From: the human T2T-CHM13v2.0 reference genome, Homo sapiens | Length of the DNA: 64,000 bases | Assembly (NCBI RefSeq): GCF_009914755.1 | Contig: NC_060926.1 | Reading direction: 5' to 3' (one strand) | Notes under the pieces: generated by a model | Seen by the model: only the letters and a program-made list of their open reading frames with translations | Database searches by the model: none | What the model was told of the DNA's origin: nothing | Made by a program: the position numbers and the translations under genes | Part shown: positions 26,001 to 37,375 of the stretch, piece by piece | Layout of the letters: the number at the start of each line of letters is the position of its first letter | Position numbering within the stretch: the stretch's first letter is position 1

Positions 26001-27520
26001 AAGTGGATATTTGTCTAGCTTTGAGGATTTCGTTGGAAACGGGATTACATATAAAAAGCAGACAGCAGCATTCCCAGAAACTTCTTTGTGAAATTTGCAT
26101 TCAAGTCACAGACTTGAACATTCCCTTTCATAGAGCAGGTTTGAAACACTCTTTTTGTAGTATCTGGATGTGGACATTTGGAGCGCTTTCAGGCCTATGG
26201 TGAAAAAGGAAATATCTTCCCCTGAAAACTAGACAGAAGCATTCCCAGAAACTTATTTGTGATGTGCGCCCTCAACTAACAGTGTTGAACCTTTCTTTTG
26301 ATAGAGCAGTTTTGAAACACTCTTTTTGTAAAATCTGCAAGAGGATATTTGGATAGCTTTGAGGATTTCGTTGGAAACGGGATTGTCTTCATATAGAATC
26401 TAGACAGAAGCATTCTCAGAAGCTTCATTCGGATGTTTCAATTGAAGTCACAGTGTTGAACAGTCCCTTTCATAGAGCATGTTTGAAACACTCTTTTTGT
26501 AGTATCTGGAAGTGGACATTTGGAGCGTTCTCAGGACTACAGTGAAAAAGGAAATATCTTCCAATAAAAGCTAGATAGAAGCAATGTCAGAAAATTTTTC
26601 ATGATGTATCTACTCAGCTAACAGAGTTGAACCTTTCTTTTGAGAGAGCAGTTTTGAAACACTCTTTTTGTGTAATCTGCAAGTGGATATTTGTCTAGTT
26701 TTGAGGATTGCGTTGGAAACGGGATTACATATAAAAAGCAGACAGCAGCATTCCCAGAAACTTCTTTGTGATATTTGCATTCAAGTCACAGACTTGAACA
26801 TTCCCTTTCATAGAGCAGGTTTGAAACACTCTTTTTGTAGTATCTGGATGTGGACATTTGGAGCGCTTTCAGGCCTATGTTGAAAAAGGAAATATCTTCC
26901 CCTGCAAACTAGATAGAAGCATTCTCAGAAACTTATTTGTGATGTGCGCCCTCAACTAACAGTGTTGAACCTTTCTTTTGATAGAGCAGTTTCGAAATAT
27001 TCTTTTTGTAAAATCTGCAAGAGGATATTTGCATAGCTTTGAGGATTTCGTTGGAAACGGGATTGTCTTCATATAGAATCTAGGCAGAATCATTCTCAGA
27101 AGCTTCATTGGGATGTTTCAATTGAAGTCACAGTGTTGAACAGTCCCTTTCATAGAGCAGATTTGAAACACTCTTTTTGTAGTATCTGGAAGTGGACATT
27201 TGGAGCGTTCTCAGGACTACAGTGAAAAAGGAAATATCTTCCAATAAAAGCTAGATAGAAGAAATGTCAGAAAATTTTTCATGATGTGTCTACTCAGCTA
27301 ACAGAGTTGAACCTTTCTTTTGAGAGAGCAGTTTTGAAACACTCTTTTTGTGGAATCTGCAAGTGGATATTTGTCTAGCTTTGAGGATTGCGTTGGAAAC
27401 GGGATTACATATAAAAAGCAGACAGCAGCATTCCCAGAAACTTCTTTGTGATATTTGCATTCCAGTCACAGACTTGAACATTCCCTTCCATAGAGCAGGT
27501 TTGAAACACTCTTTTTGTAG
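20015..27520 (+). repeat. Out-of-register tandem duplication, 3,737-bp unit (22 monomers)
   Basis: ORF starts pair at +3737 (20892/24629, 21556/25293, 22251/25988, 22931/26668, 23611/27348). Rare variants are shared: aggacatatc, ttcaagtgaa, aaataacttcc, ccctctaaatt, cattccagtc, atctaggcag. Confidence 0.95.
23525..23862 (+). repeat. HOR structural variant: 338-bp 2-mer (monomer c plus a d/b hybrid monomer)
   Basis: Monomer d sequence (cattcccagaaacttctttgtgat...acattccctt) runs straight into monomer b 3' sequence (tagcatctggaagtgg...ctcaggactacgg...tccaataaaagctagatag) and is followed by a second monomer c. The ORF step 23611 to 24629 is 1018 = 338+680. Confidence 0.95.
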
Positions 27521-28259
27521 TATCTGGATGTGGACATTTGGAGCGCTTTCAGGCCTATGGTGAAAAAGGAAATATCTTCCCCTGAAAACTAGACAGAAGC
27601 ATTCTCAGAAACTTATTTGTGATGTGCGCCTTCAACTAACAGTGTTAAACCTTTCTTTTGATAGAGTAGTTTTGAAACACTCTTTTTGTAAAATCTGCAA
27701 GAGGATATTTGGATAGCTTTGAGGATTTCGTTGGAAACGGGATTGTCTTCATATAAACTCTAGACAGTAGCATTCTCAGAAGCTTCATTGGGATGTTTCA
27801 ACTGAAGTCACAGTGTTGAACAGTCCCTTTCATAGAGCAGGTTTGAAACACTCTTTTTGTAGTATCTGGAAGTGGACATTTGGAGCGCTCTCAGGACTAC
27901 GGTGAAAAAGGAAATATCTTCCAATAAAAGCTAGATAGAAGCAATGTCAGAAACTTTTTCATGATGTATCTACTCAGCTAACAGAGTTGAACCTTTCTTT
28001 TGAGAGAGCAGTTTTGAAACACTCTTTTTGTGGAATCTGCAAGTGGATATTTGTCTAGCTTTGAGGATTTCGTTGGAAACGGGATTACATATAAAAAGCA
28101 GACAGCAGCATTCCCAGAAACTTCTTTGTGATGTTTGCATTCAAGTCACAGAGTTGAACATTCCCTTTCATAGAGCAGGTTTGAAACACTCTTTTTGTAG
28201 TATCTGGATGTGGACATTTGGAGCGCTTTCAGGCCTATGGTGAAAAAGGAAATATCTTC

Positions 28260-30550
28260 CCCTGTAAATTAGACAGAAGCATTCTCAGAAACTTATTTGT
28301 GATGTGCGCCCTCAACTAACAGTGTTGAACCTTTCTTTTGATAGAGCAGTTTTGAAACACTCTTTTGTAAAATCTGCAAGAGGATATTTGGATAGCTTTG
28401 AGGATTTCGTTGGAAACGGGATTGTCTTCATATAGAATCTAGACAGAAGCATTCTCAGAAGCTTCATTGGGATGTTTCAATTGAAGTCACAGTGTTGAAC
28501 AGTACCTTTCATAGAGCAGGTTTGAAACACTCTTTTTGTAGTATCTGGAAGTGGACATTTGGAGCGTTCTCAGGACTACAGTGAAAAAGGAAATGTCTTC
28601 CAATAAAAGCTAGATAGAAGCAATGTCAGAAAATTTTTCATGATGTATCTACTCAGCTAACAGAGTTGAACCTTTCTTTTGAGAGAGCAGTTTGGAAACC
28701 CTCTTTTTCTGGAATCTGCAAGTGGATATTTGTCTAGCTTTGAGGATTGCGTTTGAAACGGGGTTACATATAAAAAGCAGACAGCAGCATTCCCAGAAAC
28801 TTCTTTGTGATATTTGCATTCAAGTCACATTCTTGAACATTCCTTTTCATAGCGCAGGTTTGAAACACTCTTTTTGAAGTATCTGGATGTGGACATTTGG
28901 AGCGCTTTCAGGCCTATGGTGAAAAAAGAAATATGTTCCCCTGAAAACTAGATAGAAGCATTCTCAGAAACTTATTTGTGATGTGCGCCCTCAACTAACA
29001 GTGTTGAAGCTTTCTTTTGATAGAGCAGTTTTGAAACACTCTTTTTGTAAAATCTGCAAGAGGATATTTGGATAGCTTTGAGGATTTCGTTGGAAACGGG
29101 ATTGTCTTCATATTAACCCTAGACAGTAGCATTCTCAGAAGCTTCATTGGGATGTTTCAATTGAAGTCACAGTGTTGAACAGTCCCTTTCATAGAGCAGG
29201 TTTGAAACACTCTTTTTGTAGCATCTGGAAGTGGACATTTGGAGCGTTCTCAGGACTACGGTGAAAAAGGAAATATCTTCCAATAAAAGCTAGATAGAAG
29301 CAATGTCAGAAACTTTTTCATGATGTATCTACTCAGCTAAAAGAGTTGAACCTTTCTTTTGCGAGAGCAGTTTTGAAACACTATTTTTGTGGAATCTGCA
29401 AGTGGATATTTGTCTAGATTTGAGGATTTCGTTGGAAACGGGATTACATATAAAAAGCAGACAGCAGCATTCCCAGAAACTTCTTTGTGAAATTTGCATT
29501 CAAGTCACAGACTTGAACATTCCCTTTCATAGAGCAGGTTTGAAACACTCTTTTTGTAGTATCTGGATGTGGACATTTGGAGCGCTTTCAGGCCTATGGT
29601 GAAAAAGGAAATATCTTCCACTGAAAACTAGACAGAAGCATTCCCAGAAACTTATTTGTGATGTGCGCCCTCAACTAACAGTGTTGAACCTTTCTTTTGA
29701 TAGAGCAGTTTTGAAACACTCTTTTTGTAAAATCTGCAAGAGGATATTTGGATAGCTTTGAGGATTTCGTTGGAAACGGGATTGTCTTCATATAGAATCT
29801 AGACAGAAGCATTCTCAGAAGCTTCATTCGGATGTTTCAATTGAAGTCACAGTGTTGAACAGTCCCTTTCATAGAGCATGTTTGAAACACTCTTTTTGTA
29901 GTATCTGGAAGTGGACATTTGGAGCGTTCTCAGGACTACAGTGAAAAAGGAAATATCTTCCAATAAAAGCTAGATAGAAGCAATGTCAGAAAATTTTTCA
30001 TGATGTATCTACTCAGCTAACAGAGTTGAACCTTTCTTTTGAGAGAGCAGTTTTGAAACACTCTTTTTGTGTAATCTGCAAGTGGATATTTGTCTAGTTT
30101 TGAGGATTGCGTTGGAAACGGGATTACATATAAAAAGCAGACAGCAGCATTCCCAGAAACTTCTTTGTGATATTTGCATTCAAGTCACAGACTTGAACAT
30201 TCCCTTTCATAGAGCAGGTTTGAAACACTCTTTTTGTAGTATCTGGATGTGGACATTTGGAGCGCTTTCAGGCCTATGTTGAAAAAGGAAATATCTTCCC
30301 CTGCAAACTAGATAGAAGCATTCTCAGAAACTTATTTGTGATGTGCGCCCTCAACTAACAGTGTTGAACCTTTCTTTTGATAGAGCAGTTTCGAAATATT
30401 CTTTTTGTAAAATCTGCAAGAGGATATTTGCATAGCTTTGAGGATTTCGTTGGAAACGGGATTGTCTTCATATAGAATCTAGGCAGAATCATTCTCAGAA
30501 GCTTCATTGGGATGTTTCAATTGAAGTCACAGTGTTGAACAGTCCCTTTC
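28260..30550 (+). repeat. Third, partial copy of the block at about 24860-27150 (offset 3,399 bp)
   Basis: Shares the 1-bp deletion tcttttgtaa, agtacc, aaatgtcttc, ggaaaccctctttttctgg, gcgtttgaaacggggtt, cattcgg, ctatgttg and ctaggcagaatc. ORF pairs 25293/28692, 25988/29387, 26668/30067. Confidence 0.88.
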
Positions 30551-33500
30551 ATAGAGCAGGTTTGAAACACTCTTTTTGTAGTATCTGGAAGTGGACATTT
30601 GGAGCGTTCTCAGGACTACAGTGAAAAAGGAAATATCTTCCAATAAAAGCTAGATAGAAGCAATGTCAGAAAATTTTTCATGATGTATCTACTCAGCTAA
30701 CAGAGTTGAACCTTTCTTTTGAGAGAGCAGTTTTGAAACACTCTTTTTGTGGAATCTGCAAGTGGATATTTGTCTAGCTTTGAGGATTGCGATGGAAACG
30801 GGATTACATATAAAAACCAGACAGCAGCATTCCCAGAAACTTCTTTGTGATATTTGCATTCAAGTCACAGACTTGAACATTCCCTTTCATAGAGCAGGTT
30901 TGAAACACTCTTTTTGTAGTATCTGGATGTGGACATTTGGAGCGCTTTCAGGCCTATGGTGAAAAAGGAAATATCTTCCCCTGAAAACTAGACAGAAGCA
31001 TTCTCAGAAACTTATTTGTGATGTGCGCCCTCAACTAACAGTGTTAAACCTTTCTTTTGATAGAGTAGTTTTGAAACACTCTTTTTGTAAAATCTGCAAG
31101 AGGATATTTGGATAGCTTTGAGGATTTCGTTGGAAACGGGATTGTCTTCATATTAACCCTAGACAGTAGCATTCTCAGAAGCTTCATTGGGATGTTTCAA
31201 TTGAAGTCACAGTGTTGAACAGTCCCTTTCATAGAGCAGGTTTCAAACACTCTTTTTGTAGCATCTGGAAGTGGACGTTTGGAGCGTTCTCAGGACTACG
31301 GTGAAAAAGGAAATATCTTCCAATAAAAGCTAGATAGAAGCAATGTCAGAAACTTTTTCATGATGTATCTACTCAGCTAAAAGAGTTGAACCTTTCTTTT
31401 GCGAGATCAGTTTTGAAACACTATTTTTGTGGAATCTGCAAGTGGATATTTGTCTAGCTTTGAGGATTTCGTTGGAAAGGGGATTACATATAAAAAGCAG
31501 ACAGCAGCATTCCCAGAAACTTCTCTGTGAAATTTGCATTCAAGTGACAGAGTTGAACATTCCCTTTCATAGAGCAGGTTTGAAACACTCTTTTTGTAGT
31601 ATCTGGATGTGGACGTTTGGAGCGCTTTCAGGCCTATGGTGAAAAAGGAAATATCTTCCCCTGAAAACTAGACAGAAGCATTCTCAGAAACTTATTTGTG
31701 ATGTGAGCCCTCAACTAACAGTGTTGAACCTTTCTTTTGATAGAGCAGTTTTGAAAAACTCTTTTTGTAAAATCTGCAAGAGGATATTTGGATAGCTTTG
31801 AGGATTTCGTTGGAAACGGGATTGTCTTCATATAGAATCTAGACAGAAGCATTCTCAGAAGCTTCATTCGGATGTTTCAATTGAAGTCACAGTGTTGAAC
31901 AGTCCCTTTCATAGAGCATGTTTGAAACACTCTTTTTGTAGTATCTGGAAGTGGACATTTGGAGCGTTCTCAGGACTACAGTGAAAAAGGAAATATCTTC
32001 CAATAAAAGCTAGATAGAAGCAATGTCAGAAAATTTTTCATGATGTATCTACTCAGCTAACAGAGTTGAACCTTTCTTTTGAGAGAGCAGTTTTGAAACA
32101 CTCTTTTTGTGGAATCTGCAAGTGGATATTTGTCTAGTTTTGAGGATTGCGTTGGAAACGGGATTACATATAAAAAGCCGACAGCAGCATTCCCAGAAAC
32201 TTCTTTGTGATATTTGCATTCAAGTCACGGACTTGAACATTCCCTTTCATAGAGCAGGTTTGAAACACTCTTTTTGTAGTATCTGGATGTGGACATTTGG
32301 AGCGCTTTCAGGCCTATGGTGAAAAAGGAAATATCTTCCCCTGCAAACTAGATAGAAGCATTCTCAGAAACTTATTTGTGATGTGCGCCCTCAACTAGCA
32401 GTGTTGAACCTTTCTTTTGATAGAGCAGTTTTGAAACATTCTTTTTGTAAAATCTGCAAGAGCATATTTGCATAGCTTTGAGGATTTCGTTGGAAACGGG
32501 ATTGTCTTCATATAGAATCTAGACAGAATCATTCTCAGAAGCTTCATTGGGATGTTTCAATAGAAGTCACAGTGTTGAACAGTCCCTTTCATAGAGCAGA
32601 TTTGAAACACTCTTTTTGTAGTATCTGGAAGTGGACATTTGGAGCGTTCTCAGGACTACAGTGAAAAAGGAAATATCTTCCAATAAAAGCTAGATAGAAG
32701 CAATGTCAGAAAATTTTTCATGATGTATCTACTCAGCTAACAGAGTTGCACCTTTCTTTTGAGAGAGCAGTTTTGAAACACTCTTTTTGTGGAATCTGCA
32801 AGTGGATATTTGTCTAGCTTTGAGGATTGCGTTGGAAACGGGATTACATATAAAAAGCAGACAGCAGCATTCCCAGAAACTTCTTTGTGATATTTGCATT
32901 CAAGTCACAGACTTGAACATTCCCTTCCATAGAGGAGGTTTGAAACACTCTTTTTGTAGTATCTGGATGTGGACATTTGGAGCGCTTTCAGGCCTATGGT
33001 GAAAAAGGAAATATCTTCCCCTGAAAACTAGACAGAAGCATTCTCAGAAACTTATTTGTGATGTGCGCCCTCAACTAACAGTGTTAAACCTTTCTTTTGA
33101 TAGAGTAGTTTTGAAACACTCTTTTTGTAACATCTGCAAGAGGATATTTGGATAGCTTTGAGGATTTCGTTGGAAACGGGATTGTCTTCATATAAACTCT
33201 AGACAGTAGCATTCTCAGAAGCTTCATTGGGATGTATCAACTGAAGTCACAGTGTTGAACAGTCCCTTTCATAGAGCAGGTTTGAAACACTCTTTTTGTA
33301 GTATCTGGAAGTGGACATTTGGAGCGCTCTCAGGACTACGGTGAAAAAGGAAATATCTTCCAATAAAAGCTAGATAGAAGCAATGTCAGAAACTTTTTCA
33401 TGATGTATCTACACAGCTAAAAGAGTTGAACCTTTCTTTTGAGAGAGCAGTTTTGAAACACTCTTTTTGTGGAATCTGCAAGTGGATATTTGTCTAGCTT

Positions 33501-34569
33501 TGAGGATTTCGTTGGAAACGGGATTACATATCAAAAGCAGACAGCAGCATTCCCAGAAACTTCTTTGTGATGTTTGCATTCAAGTCACAGAGTTGAACAT
33601 TCCCTTTCATAGAGCAGGTTTGAAACACTCTTTTTGTAGTATCTGGATGTGGACATTTGGAGCGCTTTCAGGCCTATGGTGAAAAAGGAAATATCTTCCA
33701 CTGAAAACTAGACAGAAGTAGTCTCAGAAACTTATTTGTGATGTGCGCCCTCAACTAACAGTGTTGAAGCTTTCTTTTGATAGAGCAGTTTTGAAACATT
33801 CTTTTTGTAAAATCTGAGAGAGGATATTTGGATAGCTTTGAGGATTTCGTTGGAAACGGGATTGTCTTCATATTAACCCTAGACAGTAGCATTTTCAGAA
33901 GCTTCATTGGGATGTTTCAATTGAAGTCACAGTGTTGAACAGTCCCTTTCATAGAGCAGGTTTGAAACACTCTTTTTGCAGCATCTGGAAGTGGACATTT
34001 GGAGCGCTCTCAGGACTACGGTGAAAAAGGAAATATCTTCCAATAAAAGCTAGATAGAAGCAATGTCAGAAACTTTTTCATGATGTATCTACTCAGCTAA
34101 AAGAGTTGAACCTTTCTTTTGAGAGAGCAGTTTTGAAACACTATTTTTGTGGAATCTGCAAGTGGATATTTGTCTAGCTTTGAGGATTTCGTTGGAAACG
34201 GGATTACATATAAAAAGCAGACAGCAGCATTCCCAGAAAGTTCTTTGTGAAATTTGCATTCAAGTCACAGTCTTGAACATTCCCTTTCATAGAGCAGGTT
34301 TGAAACACTCTTTTTGTAGTATCTGGATGTGGACATTTGGAGCGCTTTCAGGCCTATGGTGAAAAAGGAAATATCTTCCCCTGTAAACTAGACAGAAGCA
34401 TTCTCAGAAACTTATTTGTGATGTGCGCCCTCAACTAACAGTGTTGAACCTTTCTTTTGATAGAGCAGTTTTGAAACACTCTTTTGTAAAGTCTGCAAGA
34501 GGATATTTGGATAGCTTTGAGGATTTCGTTGGAAACGGGATTGTCTTCATATAGAATCTAGACAGAAGC

Positions 34570-37375
34570 ATTCTCAGAAGCTTCATTGGGATGTTTCAAT
34601 TGAAGTCACAGTGTTGAACAGTCCCTTTCATAGAGCAGGTTTGAAACACTCTTTTTGTCATATCTGGAAGTGGACATTTGGAGCGTTCTCAGGACTACAG
34701 TGAAAAAGGAAATATCTTCCAATAAAAGCTAGATAGAAGCAATGTCAGAAAATTTTTCATGATGTATCTACTCAGCTAACAGAGTTGAAACTTTCTTTTG
34801 AGAGAGCAGGTTGGAAACACTCTTTTTGTGGAATCTGCAAGTGGATATTTGTCTAGCTTTGAGGATTGCGTTTGAAACGGGATTACATATAAAAAGCAGA
34901 CAGCAGCATTCCCAGAAACTTCTTTGTGATATTTGCATTCAAGTCACGGACTTGAACATTCCCTTTCATAGAGCATGTTTGAAACACTCTTTTTGTAGTA
35001 TCTGGATGTGGACATTTGGAGCGCTTTCAGGCCTATGGTGAAAAAGGAAATATCTTCCCCTGCAAACTAGATAGAAGCATTCTCAGAAACTTATTTGTGA
35101 TGTGCGCCCTCAACTAACAGTGTTGAACCTTTCTTTTGATAGAGCAGTTTTGAAACACACTTTTTGTAAAATCTGCAAGACGATATTTGCATAGCTTTGA
35201 CGATTTCGTTGGAAACGGGATTGTCTTCATATAAAATCTAGACAGAAGCATTCTCAGAAGCTTCATTGGGATGTTTCAACTGAAGTCACAGTGTTGAACA
35301 GTCCCTTTCATATAGCAGGTTTGAAACACTCTTTTTGTAGTATCTGGAAGTGGACATTTGGAGCGTTCTCAGGACTACGGTGAAAAAGGAAATATCTTCC
35401 AATAAAAGCTAGATAGAAGCAATGTCAGAAAATTTTTCATGATGTATCTACTCAGCTAACAGAGTTGAATCTTTCATTTGAGAGAACCGTTTTGAAACAC
35501 TCTTTTTGTGGAATCTGCAAGTGGATATTTGTCTAGCTTTGAGGATTTCGTTGGAAACGGGATTACATATAAAAAGCAGACAGTAGCATTCCCAGAAACT
35601 TCTTTGTGATGTTTGCATTCAAGTCAAAGAGTTGAACATTCCCTTTCATAGAGCAGGTTTGAAACGCGCTTTTTGTAGTATCTGGATTTGGACATTTGGA
35701 GCGCTTTCAGGCCTATGGTGAAAAAGGAAATATCTTCCACTGAAAACTAGACAGAAGTATGCTCAGAAACTTATTTGTGATGTGTGCCCTCAACTAACAG
35801 TGTTGAAGCTTTCTTTTGATAGAGCAGTTTTGAAACATTCTTTTTGTAAAATCTGCAAGAGGATATTTGGATAGCTTTGAGGATTTCGTTGGAAACGGGA
35901 TTGTCTTCATATTAACCCTAGACAGTAGCATTCTAAGAAGCTTCATTGGGATGTTTCAATTGAAGTCACAGTGTTGAACAGTCCCTTTCATAGAGCAGGT
36001 TTGAAACACTCTTTTTGTCATATCTGGAAGTGGACATTTGGAGCGTTCTCAGGACTACAGTGAAAAAGGAAATATCTTCCAATAAAAGCTAGATAGAAGC
36101 AATGTCAGAAACTTTTTCATGATGTATCTACTCAGCTAACAGAGTTGAAACTTTCTTTTGATAGAGCAGGTTGGAAACACTCTTTTTGTGGAATCTGCAA
36201 GTGGATATTTGTCTAGCTTTGAGGATTGCGTTTGAAACGGGATTACATATAAAAAGCAGACAGCAGCATTCCCAGAAACTTCTTTGTGATATTTGCATTC
36301 AAGTCACGGACTTGAACATTCCCTTTCATAGAGCATGTTTGAAACACTCTTTTTGTAGTATCTGGATGTGGACATTTGGAGCGCTTTCAGGCCTATGGTG
36401 AAAAAGGAAATATCTTCCCCTGAAAACTAGACAGAAGCATTCTCAGAAACTTATTTGTGATGTGCGCCCTCAACTAACAGTGTTGAACCTTTCTTTTGAT
36501 AGAGCAGTTTTGAAACACTCTTTTTGTAAAATCTGCAAGAGGATATTTGCATAGCTTTGAGGATTTCGTTGGAAACGGGATTGTCTTCATATAAAATCTA
36601 GACAGAAGCATTCTCAGAAGCTTCATTGGGATGTTTCAACTGAAGTCACAGTGTTGAACAGTCCCTTTCATATAGCAGGTTTGAAACACTCTTTTTGTAG
36701 TATCTGGAAGTGGACATTTGGAGCGTTCTCAGGACTACGGTGAAAAAGGAAATATCTTCCAATAAAAGCTAGATAGAAGCAATGTCAGAAAATTTTTCAT
36801 GATGTATCTACTCAGCTAACAGAGTTGAATCTTTCATTTGAGAGAACCGTTTTGAAACACTCTTTTTGTGGAATCTGCAAGTGGATATTTGTCTAGCTTT
36901 GAGGATTTCGTTGGAAACGGGATTACATATAAAAAGCAGACAGTAGCATTCCCAGAAACTTCTTTGTGATGTTTGCATTCAAGTCAAAGAGTTGAACATT
37001 CCCTTTCATAGAGCAGGTTTGAAACGCGCTTTTTGTAGTATCTGGATTTGGACATTTGGAGCGCTTTCAGGCCTATGGTGAAAAAGGAAATATCTTCCAC
37101 TGAAAACTAGACAGAAGTATGCTCAGAAACTTATTTGTGATGTGTGCCCTCAACTAACAGTGTTGAAGCTTTCTTTTGATAGAGCAGTTTTGAAACATTC
37201 TTTTTGTAAAATCTGCAAGAGGATATTTGGATAGCTTTGAGGATTTCGTTGGAAACGGGATTGTCTTCATATTAACCCTAGACAGTAGCATTCTCAGAAG
37301 CTTCATTGGGATGTTTCAATTGAAGTCACAGTGTTGAACAGTCCCTTTCATAGAGCAGGTTTGAAACACTCTTTT
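34570..37375 (+). repeat. In-register tandem duplication, 1,360-bp unit (2 HORs)
   Basis: Shared at +1360: ttgtcatatc, gagcaggttgg, gtcacgga, tatagcagg, ctttcatttgagagaaccg, gaaacgcgct, gtatgctc, tgtgtgcc. Identical 76-aa pseudo-ORFs at 34811/36171. Confidence 0.92.
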
